A DNA stretch of 14,909 nucleotides, taken from Armatimonadia bacterium. Lineage in GTDB: Bacteria; Armatimonadota; Zipacnadia; Zipacnadales; UBA11051. Both the position numbers and the translations under genes were made by a program. The notes beneath the pieces were generated by a model that was not told the DNA's origin, did no database searches, and saw only the letters and a program-made list of their open reading frames with translations. Shown piece after piece: positions 14,803-14,909 of the stretch; the first letter of the stretch is position 1; each line of letters opens with the position of its first letter. The stretch is from positions 1-14,909 of the forward strand of contig JBDKRC010000099.1 of the NCBI GenBank assembly GCA_039683575.1, in the 5' to 3' direction.

Positions 14803-14909
14803 AGTAGTGCCTCACAAAAAACCTAGACACCTTAGCTGGGCCTTTGTGGGCTGCTCCCAGAGCCGTTCGCGCAGTTTTAGCCAGACATTTCTTAGACCGG
14901 TCACGCGGC

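Noticed and set aside
14812-14900. CACAAAAAACCTAGACACC as an IS256-like terminal repeat
   Set aside because: Only a loose resemblance, with no partner repeat or transposase in the window; downstream sequence is needed.

Overview
GC-rich bacterial DNA, probably chromosomal. An lnt gene suggests a diderm envelope; a stalk-domain protein and a SigD-like promoter weakly suggest a Terrabacteria lineage such as Armatimonadota (inference only). Gene order: partial lnt (+); on the - strand a CheB-CheR-PAS-histidine kinase, an Fe-S flavoprotein, a small zinc-ribbon protein, DUF72 and an NmrA-family protein; a tightly coupled + strand operon of orphan ParA, a ribbon-helix-helix (RHH)-like partner, a membrane protein and a secreted stalk-domain protein, preceded by two cryptic arrays of degenerate 8-bp repeats; tatD and tcdA (+); an atypical OmpR-family regulator and an M28 peptidase (-); and a divergent two-gene unit of a CheX-like protein lacking its catalytic ExxN motif and a divergent orphan FliG, behind a sigma-28-like promoter. 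Most intergenic spaces carry REP-like palindromes, and one repeat block also occurs in frame inside the peptidase gene. The best candidates for undescribed systems are the 8-bp-array/ParA/RHH/envelope-protein locus and the pseudo-CheX/FliG pair.
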